The notes: generated from the letters alone by a model not told the origin. A stretch of DNA of 63,398 bases, filler included, from Globobulimina sp. (GCA_003354225.1; 45 parts of 45 records of this genome joined end to end with filler, not necessarily neighbours in it); one strand, 5' to 3'; positions 49,297 to 62,448 are shown, counted from the whole stretch's first letter. Made by a program: numbers and translations.

Positions 49297-49577
49297 NNNN
49301 NNNNNNNNNNNNNNNNNNNNNNNNNNNNNNNNNNNNNNNNTTAATTAATTAANNNNNNNNNNNNNNNNNNNNNNNNNNNNNNNNNNNNNNNNNNNNTATA
49401 TCTGTAATTATTCTATGCTACATAAATCTGTGTACAAATGACTAGAAAACACACGACATCACAGCTGTCATTTTATAGATGATGATGCGTACGAGCATTT
49501 ACATAAAGCTTGGCTTATACTCATAGGACAGTTATATGTGAAAAAGAAAAGAAGAAAAAAAAAAGAAAACTGATGCC

Positions 49578-50707
49578 TCAATAATCAGATTGATTTGAGT
49601 CTAGATTTGAGAATGATTCTGTAGAGGAACCACTGGTGTTTTCAGAAGACTTTCGGTGTGTTATTTTTGGCATTTTTCTTATTTTCCTCAGTTTTTTGTG
49701 TTTTGATTTACTTTTCAATCTTTTTTTTGGTTTTTTTTTATGACGGTACACAATTTCATCTCTAGACTTTGAAGGTTGAATCATTTTTTCCTCACTATTT
49801 TTAGTTTCATAACTTCCATAACTTCCATTTGATAAATAAAACTGATCCTTTTCCAGTGACAGCGCCGATACATTTGCATCATCTTTTAACGTTGATAAGA
49901 ATGATGGCGATTTATTAACTGTAAAATCCGCAGAATTCTTTCTCTGATGAGATATCATTTGCATACATTTGGCTGCATCATCATCGCCACCATGCCCATA
50001 ATCATCAGGCAAAGCATGCGCATGCTCAGAATCGTCATCTTCATCGCTATCATCTTCGCGATCATTATTAACATTATGCCCACTTTTATTGCCGTGTATA
50101 CTTATATTGCTGTTTGAAAACATTGTATTAAATGCAATTAATCGGCTATTTAAAAAGGTATTCCTTGCACATAATTTTGCATTTTCATTTTGCAACATTT
50201 TATATTCTTTTTGTATTTTATTCAACTCATATTTATATTGTTCAATTTCCTGTTTTAATGTTGATTTATTGCTTTCATTCAAATCATTCAAAGAGCTCCG
50301 ATGTGATACTTGAGATATACTCTCTTCTTCGTCCACTTGCGTTGATGCGGAGGACTCTGCCGATGATAATGAGTTGTCATCACAGAGTGGAATTGGTGGT
50401 GGCTTATTTACTTTATTTATTTTACTTTTATTGATTTGAATTAATAATAAATCATAAAACAATGATAATATTATGGATAATAATGATTTGGATTTAGAAT
50501 CAAAGATTTTCTGCCATAATTTCTCTCTATTCCATGAGGTCGAATGTTTTAAAAATCGTTCTACCAAATCAATAGTTTGCGCATTAATTAGCTGCGAGAT
50601 ACAATTCGCAACAATATTGATATTGTTTGGTGTTACAATATATTTATTTATGTCTTTGCACCAAAATTGTTGTTGACTCTCGGTACAGACTATAATTTTA
50701 AATGACT
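49578..50707 (-). CDS. Hypothetical coiled-coil/low-complexity protein, 5' truncated
   Basis: Long open frame; no domain recognised. Confidence 0.55.
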
Positions 50708-50807
50708 NNNNNNNNNNNNNNNNNNNNNNNNNNNNNNNNNNNNNNNNNNNNTTAATTAATTAANNNNNNNNNNNNNNNNNNNNNNNNNNNNNNNNNNNNN
50801 NNNNNNN

Positions 50808-51941
50808 CATTTGATCCAATCCATAGTCCTCTTCCCATCCCCAATCACTCCTCGCTTCCGAATCATCAATGGACTGCGGCCACGTCGCAGCAATACCTTG
50901 CCTGAAATCTGGCTGATATTGAATCTCAAACTCAGGCATTTTCCTCTTGATAGACTCGGCTTGCTCCGCAGGCGCAAAACTGACACCGGTCACATTATAC
51001 ACTCTGCTCTTTAACTGCTTATTGTCCGCCTCCATCAACATCATAGTCGACTTTATGCAGTCCGGCATGTACATCATTGGCAATTTCGTTTCTGCCGACA
51101 AGAAGCATTTATAACTCTTCTTTTTGATGGCTTCGTGATATATCTCGACGGCATAGTCGGTGGTCCCGCCGCCCGGCATCGCTTTGGATGATATAATTCC
51201 GGGATAGCGCAATGAGCGAAAGTCGACACCATACCGTTGATAGTAATATTCGCCCAACAACTCCGAGTATACCTTAGTTATTCCATAAATGGTTCTGGGT
51301 CTTTGCACCGTTAACTGCGGCGTTAATTTGCTGGGTGTACTTTCGCCAAATGCTGCGATCGAGGAAGGTATATAGATTCGCAATTGATTCAAGCGCGCCA
51401 CTTCCAACGTATTCTCCACGCCCATATTGTTGATCTTGATTGCCAATTTTGGGTCTTTTTCACCCACAGCGGAGAGCAACGCCGCCATATGGAATATCCA
51501 ATCGATTTGATACTCCATACTGACGCGGGCAATGCTGTTATAATCGCACGTATCTAAGAACACAAAGGGCCCGTTTGAGGCCATGCTGGTTGGCAATTTG
51601 ACATCGGACGCGATGACGTTTTCAATGCCGTAGCGTTTGCGTAAATATGGCACCAATTCTGTACCAATCTGGCCCGAGGCGCCGGTTATTAATACTCGCG
51701 GTTTGGAGTCTGGGTCGAAATAGGCGTCGTGGCGATGGCCAGTTTGCATGTAGCCACCACCGAATCGCTTCCATTTCTGTTGGGATGAAATGTAGGCAGT
51801 GCGTGTCTGGGACTTTATTGGTGTTGTTTTAGGGTTTGGTTTGGTTGTGGTTATGGCTTTTGTTTTTGATGTTGGTGCAATGGTCGAAACCATTCGGATT
51901 GAATGTATGATATATTTGCCTGTATTTGGATTTTGGAACAT
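50808..51941 (-). CDS. TDH: L-threonine 3-dehydrogenase (SDR type), likely mitochondrial
   Basis: 'LITGASGQIG', 'LLSAVGE', 'YGITK', 'PGGGTTDYAV', 'WPQSIDDS'. Confidence 0.95.
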
Positions 51942-52218
51942 TTAGTAGAATGTTTATCATTTTATTTTTGACAGATTAGCACGTAGCTGTTTGCATTTTT
52001 TGATTTCTTGCGTAGGATGCAAATGATAGTATTAATACGTTTCATAATTGATTAAGCGTATATTATATTATTATTTCTGTCACACTTGGATGAACACAGA
52101 GGATTTCAGTCAATATCCNNNNNNNNNNNNNNNNNNNNNNNNNNNNNNNNNNNNNNNNNNNNTTAATTAATTAANNNNNNNNNNNNNNNNNNNNNNNNNN
52201 NNNNNNNNNNNNNNNNNN

Positions 52219-53528
52219 ACTGTCAAAATACCAATCAATTCAACTATATTTATATCCAAAGCATGACCAATTGCCATGAAATCTTGGTGAATAGAAACAA
52301 TATGATATTGTAATGGTACATGAAGCTGCGAATTAATATCAATCTCTGTATCAATATCATCAGAATATGCATTTTTAATGTATTTATTGTCCACAAAGTG
52401 ATGATGTAATCTATGAATCTCAATTAAAAGTCCAATACCTGCATAATTTTTGATTATTGAACCATCCGTAAAGGCATACAGCGCATTATGTGCATTATTA
52501 ATTGAATTCGTTTCTGTATACAAACCAGGGAGAAAATGTTATATATTTACAGCGTGTAAGGAAAGATGGTACAAATTTGTGGCGACATCCATGATCATTA
52601 ATATTTGATCGCCAATTATAATGAATACAGGAAATAACATCATATTTTTGCACCAAAAGAAAGATTTTAAACAATGGATTACGGCGATCATACGTTTTCA
52701 TGTAATGTAGCTTGGCACGCTGTGTTTTAATATGAACAGACGACAACAAATAATCATTCCATATTGGTATCCATTTATCTGTAATTAATCGACACATTAC
52801 ATTACGATCATGCAAATACAGGAAACTGAGCCAATTTTTAATCAATTTAATGTCGATAAATGTGTCATAATGAATGAACGGAGTGAGTATGATCAAAATA
52901 TCCAACGGTATGGTATGCAAAGCGTTGAACAACAATTTGATAACGCGATAATAGATCTGTTTGAGAGATTTAGTGTCATTTTTATTTGAAGAACAGGCAA
53001 ATAACATCACAGGATATTCGATTTTAGATAAGATCACAGACGACAAATAATGATATAATTTCTTAGTGCAAAAGTGTTTGGTATACTGACGGATATGTTT
53101 AATTGCCACATAGTCCAAATATATCCGCTGAATCGTATGATTAATATGAGTACGCGGCGACAAATTATAATTTAAATAATAACCCACATACTTAACGTAC
53201 GTCTCTGGCTCACTTTTAACCACATCATTGATCACTAATTGTTGCACAGGTACACGTCCGTGTTTTTTCATATGTTTTGTATGGAATATTATATATTTTG
53301 TTTTATGTTCAGAGAGCCGCATACCATTCAAACGTAACCAATTCACTATATTATCAATAGCAAATTGTATACCACGCTCAATATCGAACATAAATAAAGT
53401 TGTCAAAACAGTCCATAATACGAGGTCATCAACGTAAATATAAATTTTTAATGGCAAATAATGTGGAATGGCATAATATAACGGATCCAAATATAGCATA
53501 TTCAAGAAAGGGCTGAGAGGGCGACCTT
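52219..53528 (-). mobile_element. Non-LTR retrotransposon RT + RNase H fragment with one frameshift (~52500-52530)
   Basis: 'GRPLSPFL', 'YVDD', 'KYVG'; RNase H 'AFTDGS' in the next frame. Confidence 0.88.
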
Positions 53529-53628
53529 NNNNNNNNNNNNNNNNNNNNNNNNNNNNNNNNNNNNNNNNNNNNTTAATTAATTAANNNNNNNNNNNNNNNN
53601 NNNNNNNNNNNNNNNNNNNNNNNNNNNN

Positions 53629-54050
53629 ATTAAACAATTTGCAAATCCATATTTTTCAACTAATTCTCTTTGAATTTCATCCAATTCGTTTGAATGTTTT
53701 GCTAATAAATGACAATAATCATCCAATAATTTGACACCATACACAGTCAAACAAAAATTACTCCATTCCACCACTGATTTGTTCCACTTATTATAATATT
53801 TTAAGGCAAATGATAATCGTTGTAAATGTTGACAGTTATCGATGATATTATTATTGTTTGTTGTATGATTACAATTCATTTCATTTTGTGTGAATAAATT
53901 TATATTAATTTCATCTTGTTTATAATTAATATTTATATCATTTTGTGGATTACCTGTCGTATCGATTGCTTTTGAGTCAACACAACCGCTATGGTCTTGT
54001 TTGTTTTGTTTGCTATCATTTTTTTGGTATGTTTCATTAACACAATCCAT
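53629..54050 (-). CDS. Lineage-specific family protein, N-terminal fragment
   Basis: 'C..LQRL..ALKYY' and 'LLDDY.HL...H' pattern. Confidence 0.55.
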
Positions 54051-54196
54051 ATTGTCAACAGTTCCAACGACAATAACAAGTTTGTGTTTTCTAACAAAGG
54101 TTGTACCGCAACTGTTGACAGGTGATAATATGTTGCCGTATATATCGTTGTTGTGGTCAAAAAAGTACTATTTTCAAAAGTTTTTCTTGAAGAATA

Positions 54197-54938
54197 ATGT
54201 CAGTGCAACGTTTGAAAGTTGACGATGTAGTATTATTCCACCAAAGTAATGACGCATCATCACAAACGCTAGGATTAATTCGATACATTGGATTAATGTA
54301 TGGTTCTGATGTAATGACACAATATGTCGGGATCGAATTAATGGAACCAATACGCAATGGGCACGGCGGCACTATCAAAGGATATTCATATTTTAATACA
54401 GAAATAGGTTACGGCACACATTGTTTATTAAGAAACGTTATCAAAAGATTGAGAACATCTGAAATGTTTTCAATATGCAAATCCAAACTAAAAGCTACAA
54501 AATCAAACAAAGATCCAGCGGCCAAACACAATCGCAATAACATCAACACCCCAACATCTCAAGAATCAGATAAATTCTCTGACAAAAGAAGCAGTATATT
54601 GTCAGATTTCGATATGTTTGCGCCGATGACACCATTTTCCCCTCGAAACTCGTTATTATCACAAAAATCACAAAAAAAAAGTGCTTTACATGGAAAATCC
54701 ATTCGAATGTTGAAACCGCGGCAATCGCTTTCCACTCCCATCGCATTCCCGGATACCGAACCTGTGGCGGTTATCATTGTGTGTTTGCCTTTATTTGTTC
54801 ATCCAATCTAAATATATATAAATATTAATATATGTTGTATACAGAGCGAGGAAAAAAAAACGAAAACGGAGAGAAGCAAAAAACGAAGAAAGAAGAAACA
54901 TAAAAAAACTAAAAAGAAACGAAAACGGAGACACCCAA
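54197..54938 (+). CDS. CAP-Gly domain protein, truncated
   Basis: 'G.IRYIG..YVGIEL.EP..GH.GTIKG.SYF'. Confidence 0.8.
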
Positions 54939-55069
54939 NNNNNNNNNNNNNNNNNNNNNNNNNNNNNNNNNNNNNNNNNNNNTTAATTAATTAANNNNNN
55001 NNNNNNNNNNNNNNNNNNNNNNNNNNNNNNNNNNNNNNTTGAGTTTAATAATTAAATAATAAAAGAGAG

Positions 55070-55279
55070 AATTGACTTTTTAGGCTTAAACTTAATTCTA
55101 AACACTTCTTTTGTGATTGGCAAGGTTTTTGGGTTAGCTACAGTGGTTTTCAACTTTGAATACTAGGATTCGAATCCTAGGTCAACTTCGAATACTAGGT
55201 TGAAAACCACTCTAGCTAACCCAAAAACCTTGCCAATCAAAAAAGAAGTGTTTAGAAGTTTAAGCCTAAAAAGTCAATT
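55070..55279. mobile_element. 210-bp palindromic MITE-like element
   Basis: ~80-bp near-perfect inverted arms bounded by AATT; core contains the palindrome CTAGGATTCGAATCCTAG. Confidence 0.85.
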
Positions 55280-55489
55280 GTCATTGGTTTGTTGGTATTC
55301 TTGTTCTATGTTTGAAAAAAGCTGCAAATGCTGGTTCACTTGTTTGCAATTGTTGTGAAAACGTGGAATATGGATCGAATCATCATCATGCACAAAAAAC
55401 GTGCATAATAAAAAATAGATTTTAGTATATTCTAAATAAAATGCATGCATATGGGACATCTAACAAAACAAAACATATGCGAAACTATT

Positions 55490-56348
55490 TCAAATAGAAA
55501 CATCCATGATCCAGGATTCAGAAAAACCATTGATTTTACAATCTTTATTTGTTATCACAACGGAACGATTGGTATCATCACAATATGTCTTTACAACATA
55601 AATTGTTGTTTTTTGACATTCTCTAAAATCATCCACTGCTTTCATTATTTCCTTAACCTTTTTTTTTGATGTAAACTTAGTTGGGAATCTAAGAAGAAAC
55701 ATAAATTCATTTACATTTGAAAATTGTGATAATATATTTATAATTCGCGCAATACGTAAAATTAAATTTGATCCGGATTGTTTTTCCAAAGTAACAGCCG
55801 ATAATTTTACTGAAATTTTAAAACGTTTTCTATTCATTTTTTTTGTGTTATATAAACCAGATTCAATTCCTGCAAACGCAGCTGTACAATGTAATGGATC
55901 TTCGATATGAATATATTCCAATAATGGTTGGCTTGATATTATTTTTTCAATTATATTCTTATCATCTGATGCTACACTAACTTTTCTTAATTGCTTTGCT
56001 GTTTTAACAATAGCATTAATATCATCTGTAGCTATCGGTCCTAGCTGTAATTGTTGCAATTTAGTGAATGAAATGTTTGATTCTATTCCCATGTTTTGAT
56101 ATAAAAACAAATATTCTAATTTATTTCCATAAACACGAAGAAATTTGTTGTCTAGCTCTGCAGCTGCATCACAACGCACTCCTTTTAAATTGACAAATAA
56201 AGTTTGAATGTCTATATTTGAAACAATATTTTCTGAAACGCAAAATAAAAATAAATGTTGAACCATCCGGAATTTTAATAATATCTTTCTCCACAACGCA
56301 GCATCACCGCTCCCTACAAAATTGAGGGATAATGATTTAATATTATTC
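55490..56348 (-). CDS. LRR-like lineage-specific protein, 5' truncated
   Basis: Repeated LxxLxL pattern. Confidence 0.55.
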
Positions 56349-56622
56349 NNNNNNNNNNNNNNNNNNNNNNNNNNNNNNNNNNNNNNNNNNNNTTAATTAA
56401 TTAANNNNNNNNNNNNNNNNNNNNNNNNNNNNNNNNNNNNNNNNNNNNCGGAACTGTCTTTGGATTCTTGCATATTTAATTGTGGCTATTTTGAGTTGTA
56501 AGGGAAGTAAGATTTTTGAAGGAAGTTTTTTAATCTGCTTTGATTCACGCTGAATGCATGAATTCGTAGAGACGAGTTAACAAATACAATCGTTCAGTGT
56601 CAGGTTGCTGTCGTTTTATTTT

Positions 56623-57758
56623 TCATAATTTAGCTTTCTTCCTTTCATGAGGGTGTTGATAGCCGATTTGATCCAATTTTATTCGAACGTCTTTTTTACT
56701 CATTTTACCAGAACCAGTCAGGGGGATTTGCTTCCAATATAATACATCATCTGGGAATTGGAATTTAGCAAATTTTGAAGAACAATGTTGCTGTATTGCC
56801 TTCAACGATATTTGTTGTTTTGTAAAACTATTTTGTAAGGTAATAATTACAATGGGTCTTTGCATCCATTTTGTATGTTTTGTAGCCACAACACAGGCAG
56901 CTGCCACACCATTTAAACTAACAATATGATTCTCCAAATCCACACTGGATATCCATTCACCACCAGATTTTATCATATCTTTACTCCTATCTTTGATCAC
57001 CAACTGCCCTGATTTTGTACGCAATGCTAAGTCACCGGTTAGCAACCATCCCCTATGATAGTTTTTATTTATTACATCTGCACTTTCTTTAAAATAAGTG
57101 CAAGTTGTTGATGTTCCACGAGCTAATAACTCACCAATACTTTGGTTATCCCACGGAAGTTCCTCATCGAAATTGTCTGGATTTACAACTTTAATTTCAA
57201 CGCTTGGTATTGGCAGACCAGCACACAACTGATTTTTAATTAATTCTTCATCTGATTTGCCAATATCACATCTCCGACTCATTCTGCTGGCATAGGTACC
57301 GATTGTATTCAATCTTTGCGTGTTATAATTAAAACAAAATTAAAAATTAAAAATTATACGTACTGCGTACACGTAACTCTGTCATTCCCCAAACTTGTAT
57401 AACCTGCGTATTTAATGTTTTCCTATACCAATCAATCAATTCTGGCGGCGGTGCTGAACCACCAGTTATTATTCTCGACAATGTACCTTTTATTTTCTGA
57501 TATTTATTTGGATTGCTTTCATATTCCAGTCGCAATGCTTGCATTACAGTAGGGACACCGGAATATATTGTTACTTTCTGATCATATATCATCTGCATTT
57601 GAGCGCTGGCAGCTGAATATTGATTGTTTAATACAATTGCATTGCCGACACATAAGGATAAATATGGAATACACCACGCGCCGGCATGAAACATTGGCGT
57701 TAATGGCAGCCAACAATCTGTGCCTGATACCCGGGTGAAATCAGCCATTAAATAGGCC
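56623..57758 (-). CDS. Second AlkK/DmdB-like acyl-CoA ligase with intron and PTS1 (-AKL); 5' truncated
   Basis: 'PMFHAGAW', 'TGGSAPP', 'WGMTE', 'DRSKDMIKSGGEWISSVDLEN'; intron 57314-57377. Confidence 0.92.
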
Positions 57759-57859
57759 NNNNNNNNNNNNNNNNNNNNNNNNNNNNNNNNNNNNNNNNNN
57801 NNTTAATTAATTAANNNNNNNNNNNNNNNNNNNNNNNNNNNNNNNNNNNNNNNNNNNNA

Positions 57860-58231
57860 CCAAAGATTGATCATTTTGATGCAAAAAAGAATCATAAAAC
57901 AGCATTAATGTTTGCTGTTTAACATAATAAATATAACGCGGTTCGGATATTAATTGAATATGGCGCTTCATTTAATATTCGAAATAAATTAGGTAAGACA
58001 GCGAGAGATGAAGCGAATTGTATGAAAAATATAAAATGCTTTCGGTTGCTTCTTAGCAAAGAAAGAGAAAATATAATGAAAAGTTGCAAAGCATCGGAAT
58101 TTATACAACGATATAATGTGCCGGACTATCTGATAAAAATTATCATTGAATATACTTCATCGATACCACCGGAATGGTTACATAAAGGAAAAAAATTAAA
58201 GAAAAAAAGAAAAGGGAAAAAAAGAAATTGA
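57860..58231 (+). pseudogene. Ankyrin-repeat protein C-terminus with an in-frame TAA at 57920-57922
   Basis: 'KTALMFAV*HNKYNAVRILIEYGA..NIRNKLGKTA'. Confidence 0.75.
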
Positions 58232-58460
58232 AACAGAAATTGAAAACATCAAAGTGTCGAGTCGTCCCAATTGAAGAAAACCTTCTTTTTTTTTGTATTT
58301 GAAGTGTGTTTTTTGTATGTTTGATGTTCTTGCACTCATAGCATTGTTTGTGACAGGGTGTTTTTTTGTTGTTAAATTTGAACTCCAGAACACACACAGT
58401 TCAACCTTGCTTCAGACGCTGAAAAATAAAAATCTGACGCTGAAAACCCAAGATCCTCAA

Positions 58461-59168
58461 TTAAATATAATATTCTGTGGGTAAACAATGATATGTAAAG
58501 CCCTCATAGTCTAAGGTCAGTTTGTCATATATTGTGGAAAAATGTTTATCATATTTTTTGTCTGATAGATCAACGTGACATTTCGAACATGCATGCAAAC
58601 AGTATCCATTATACACAGTGCTGGCTAATGCGTAATTTTCTATTTTATAAGCACATGCCAATAATTTCTCATTTCCAATATCCCATCCTTTATTATTATA
58701 CTTTGTTCCTTTCATTGCTTTCCCTAAATTTGTATAACTCTCATATTTATTCTGTATCAATAGAAAATCATCAATATGTTGCAATGTTGGTCTATTTGTG
58801 TACGCTCCAAAACAATCATGAAAATACTGCTCTATTACATATAATAATTTTGTGTCATTATAACCCAATATTGGTGACATAAAATACTGTTTGAATATGC
58901 GATCCTTATTATTATTGATACCGCCGCAGGTCGCATGTATATCCATTGTCGATTTATGCAATGCCGGATATTGTAGATTTTGTAATGACAATGACAATAT
59001 TTTCCGTGGGTGGATTATATCATTGCTGTTTAATGATTTATTATACCAATACTGACTGCCATATTTTATAGCGAATGAATCTTCAAGAAAGCCATATTTA
59101 TAAAAGATCCAATCGTCTTCGGATTTGAAATAATATCTTGTTTTGTTGACATCATAATTATTTATTAA
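58461..59168 (-). CDS. Hypothetical protein, C-terminal fragment
   Basis: Open from the contig edge; contains 'HACSKCH'. Confidence 0.5.
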   Translation of the reverse strand, partial: LINNYDVNKTRYYFKSEDDWIFYKYGFLEDSFAIKYGSQYWYNKSLNSNDIIHPRKILSLSLQNLQYPALHKSTMDIHATCGGINNNKDRIFKQYFMSPILGYNDTKLLYVIEQYFHDCFGAYTNRPTLQHIDDFLLIQNKYESYTNLGKAMKGTKYNNKGWDIGNEKLLACAYKIENYALASTVYNGYCLHACSKCHVDLSDKKYDKHFSTIYDKLTLDYEGFTYHCLPTEYYI

Positions 59169-59268
59169 NNNNNNNNNNNNNNNNNNNNNNNNNNNNNNNN
59201 NNNNNNNNNNNNTTAATTAATTAANNNNNNNNNNNNNNNNNNNNNNNNNNNNNNNNNNNNNNNNNNNN

Positions 59269-59453
59269 AAGTCACAGGTGGCGGTTAAAAGCAACACAAG
59301 GATCACTAATAACATATAGATCATAATTGTCAGATGTTTACTGTCCTCTTTTGTTTCTTTTGGTGGATTCGCCACTGCATTTTCTTCAATTATTTCTACT
59401 GAGTCTGCTGATCTTTGAGACTTTATTCTTGTAAACTCCGCAACACTCGACAT
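59269..59453 (-). CDS. Type II membrane protein N-terminus, truncated
   Basis: Charged N-terminus then a hydrophobic helix. Confidence 0.5.
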
Positions 59454-59507
59454 TATAAACTTGCAGTTTTTCGTTTTACTGACTTTAACTTATCACACAC
59501 ATTAACA

Positions 59508-60364
59508 ATGATTAACTTATCTCTGCTCACAATGATTGCTTGTTTGGTCAGCATCATAAATGGACAAACACCATTAACCAATTGGCAAGACGGCAGGTCG
59601 TCATATTATACCACATGGGAGCAAGGCGCATGCAATTTCGGTGCAATATCATCAAATACATTTCCGTTCGACAATATAGCTGCACCAAATGAAGCATTTT
59701 ACAAGAAATCATTGTCATGCGGTGGCTGTTACGAAATTATGTGTGTGGCACCATGGGATCAAACATTTTGTCCAAATTCAAATGGTTGTTTAAAAGCAAA
59801 TAGTTCTGTTATCATTGAGGTGACTGATGAATGTCCAGTACAAGGTATATAACAATAAATATTCATACACCATAAACGTATATAATATGTACAATGCACA
59901 AGGCAATGAGCAATGGTGCAGCGGCGATATCACTCATTTTGATTTAAGTCAACATGCTTTTGATTTAATTGCAGATAATGTCTGTGGAGTAATAAAGCAA
60001 CGATGGCGGTGCAAATCAAAATATTGTGGTGCTAAATCATGAAGGTATTAATGAATGGTATTTTGGAATTACTGTTGAAAGGGTTGATTATTACGGACAA
60101 ATATCTTCTGTAAAGATAAAAGATGCGGCGTCTTCATCATTTACGGAAGGTCAACGACAGGATTATAATGTGTGGCTTTGGCAAAGTACGACGGGTTTGA
60201 AAGCACCCATTTCTGTGCAGGTGACGGATATTAATGGGAATACTATCACTGGCAATAATATTGTAACTAGTTTTACTGCCGGGGACAAATTCGATTTGGG
60301 GAGCAATTGTAAGTGTTTATTTTCTATCTATTTCTATTTAATTGGCAATCGAACAGCAATATGA
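59508..60364 (+). CDS. Expansin-like protein (signal peptide, DPBB, CBM63-like) with intron and a frameshift at ~60001
   Basis: 'GACNFG', 'CGGCYEIMC', 'VTDECP', 'HFDLS..AF', 'W...YNVW'; intron 59845-59902. Confidence 0.88.
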
Positions 60365-61523
60365 TGTAAAATATATAGTTTATAATGTTAGTGCTTATCG
60401 GAAACAATATGCTAAATAACTGCGTTTTGAATATCTTAAATAATGCTTTAATTATCTATTTCTTGACAATTCTTGACCTAATTTTTAGTTTCGTTATAAG
60501 TCATCAAGTCCGCAAAAGTATATCATTGGTGTTTTGAAGAAATGTGCTATCTGTTTGTCTTGGATTTATACTGGGTTTNNNNNNNNNNNNNNNNNNNNNN
60601 NNNNNNNNNNNNNNNNNNNNNNTTAATTAATTAANNNNNNNNNNNNNNNNNNNNNNNNNNNNNNNNNNNNNNNNNNNNGTTGCAAAGGCATTGTTTCTCA
60701 AAAACGAACAACGCCAACGGATTGTAATGAAAATATATTGATGCCGCCATCTAAAAAACAAAGATTAAATCCCCTTTCTTTGAATAAAACTGCAATAAAT
60801 ATACCACCACAATTACAGTTATTGTCACCAGCAGCAATTATTGAACCGGTTGAAAATAGTGATACTAAAATGGATATTAATCACAGTGACTTATTTGATA
60901 TCGATATTAACACAGATTTTATATCAAATCAATCAAATCCAATGGCATTATCGCATAATAATAACAATGGCAATATCGCATTTGTTCCTTTAATATGTTT
61001 CTTAGTGTCTGTGTTTATATGTTTCTCATTCAAATGCATACAAAACACAATATTATAAAACCTGTAATTCTCTCTGTAGCTTGGCATAATCTTCTTTGTG
61101 TTTCTGAATTGCCAATTTAGCAATTTCAAGTTTGCAGGCGTCAATGTTAATGCCAAATGCGAGTTGCATATTTGAAAGTTAGTAAGTAAAAACAATCCTT
61201 TTTTTAAAAACACACATCACGATGGCATTTGCGATGGCATTTTGGATTTATGTACAAAATTCAAGTGCTTCTGTGTCATGGAATATCCTGCGATAATAGC
61301 TGAACGTTTGGAAGGTGAAAGAAATGGTATTAAAGAACACAAAACAGATATCAAAAGTCAAAATCCTGCAATATGAAATTAACAGACGAAACACAAAAAT
61401 TGCAATCTCAAGTCGCTCCAATACCGTCTCTCAACGCAATGTGATGCCCTCAGCTAATACTACGGTGACAACTCCGATCAAAATTATATTTTTTTTAGCA
61501 TAAAATTAAACAATAGTACGGTA

Positions 61524-61988
61524 TCACAAATATATTTTATCATAAACACTGTTTAAAATATGGATTTTATCCGCAAACGCATTTGGATCATTAAACTGCA
61601 ACAGCTCCTCGACAGAAAACTTCTTGCTTAAGCCAGGCCATTTTGCTTCCCTTTCTTGATAATGTCTCAAAACGAAATCCTTTCCAAACTCATGAAATAT
61701 GCGCGTATCATTGACACGAATGATGACATTATCGACACGCAACCAATACCTCAACAACACCAAAAAGCCATCCTCCATCACTCTGCAACGTACCAATAAT
61801 TGAGACATTCCATTATCACTCAACTCATCCTCATATAAAATGCAATGACAACTCCACAATATCGGCATGCTCGTATCCCGTAACAAAACCATATTAAACC
61901 TTATCCAGGTTTGTGTTGAGATATCAACTTTAGAATCAGAATAACCTTTAGAAGCTTGTATTACGTATTGTATTCTTGTTTCAAAAAC
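61524..61988 (-). CDS. TIP41: TIP41/TIPRL (PP2A-TOR regulator), C-terminal half
   Basis: 'LYEDELSDNG..VR.RVM..F..LLR..LRVD.V..R..DTRI.HEF'. Confidence 0.93.
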   Translation of the reverse strand, partial: VFETRIQYVIQASKGYSDSKVDISTQTWIRFNMVLLRDTSMPILWSCHCILYEDELSDNGMSQLLVRCRVMEDGFLVLLRYWLRVDNVIIRVNDTRIFHEFGKDFVLRHYQEREAKWPGLSKKFSVEELLQFNDPNAFADKIHILNSVYDKIYL

Positions 61989-62088
61989 NNNNNNNNNNNN
62001 NNNNNNNNNNNNNNNNNNNNNNNNNNNNNNNNTTAATTAATTAANNNNNNNNNNNNNNNNNNNNNNNNNNNNNNNNNNNNNNNNNNNN

Positions 62089-62242
62089 CATTAGCACCAA
62101 TAGAATATAATAGCAATAAAATATAATAATGGAATGCATGAATAATACTAATAATATCAGTATGGATGTATTGAGTTCTACAGCGTCTAACATATCCACT
62201 TACTAACAATTGTGATCGCCTTTTCCTGACAGGATGGTTCAT
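62089..62242 (-). CDS. Close paralog of the RCC1 protein at 32542, N-terminus only
   Basis: 'RSQLLVSGYVR.C.T.YIHTDIISIIHAFHYYILLLLYSIG.N' is nearly identical. Confidence 0.85.
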
Positions 62243-62448
62243 TTTTTGTTAAAGTGGCAGAAACCTAGAATTTAAAAACGAAAAACCGTAAAAGTTACTA
62301 GAAATCTAGAATAATCAATTAAATCATGGAATAGACGATATTTGGTCAACAATATTATTAATTTATTGGACCTCTTCTTTTTTTTCTGAATTTTATCAAT
62401 AAATGGTCCACTACAGTACACGACTACACGTGCTGCAGTATATTATAA

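Noticed and set aside
57920-57922. Genome-wide TAA=Gln (ciliate-type) code
   Set aside because: Long conserved ORFs (PI3K, dynein, TDH, TRRAP) contain no internal TAA, and TAA directly follows PTS1 tripeptides at 3157 and 10182
1312-62088. Regularly spaced TTAATTAATTAA repeats as a CRISPR-like array, and gene clusters spanning them
   Set aside because: The motif is embedded in N-runs and is a synthetic six-frame stop linker; adjacent contigs are unrelated
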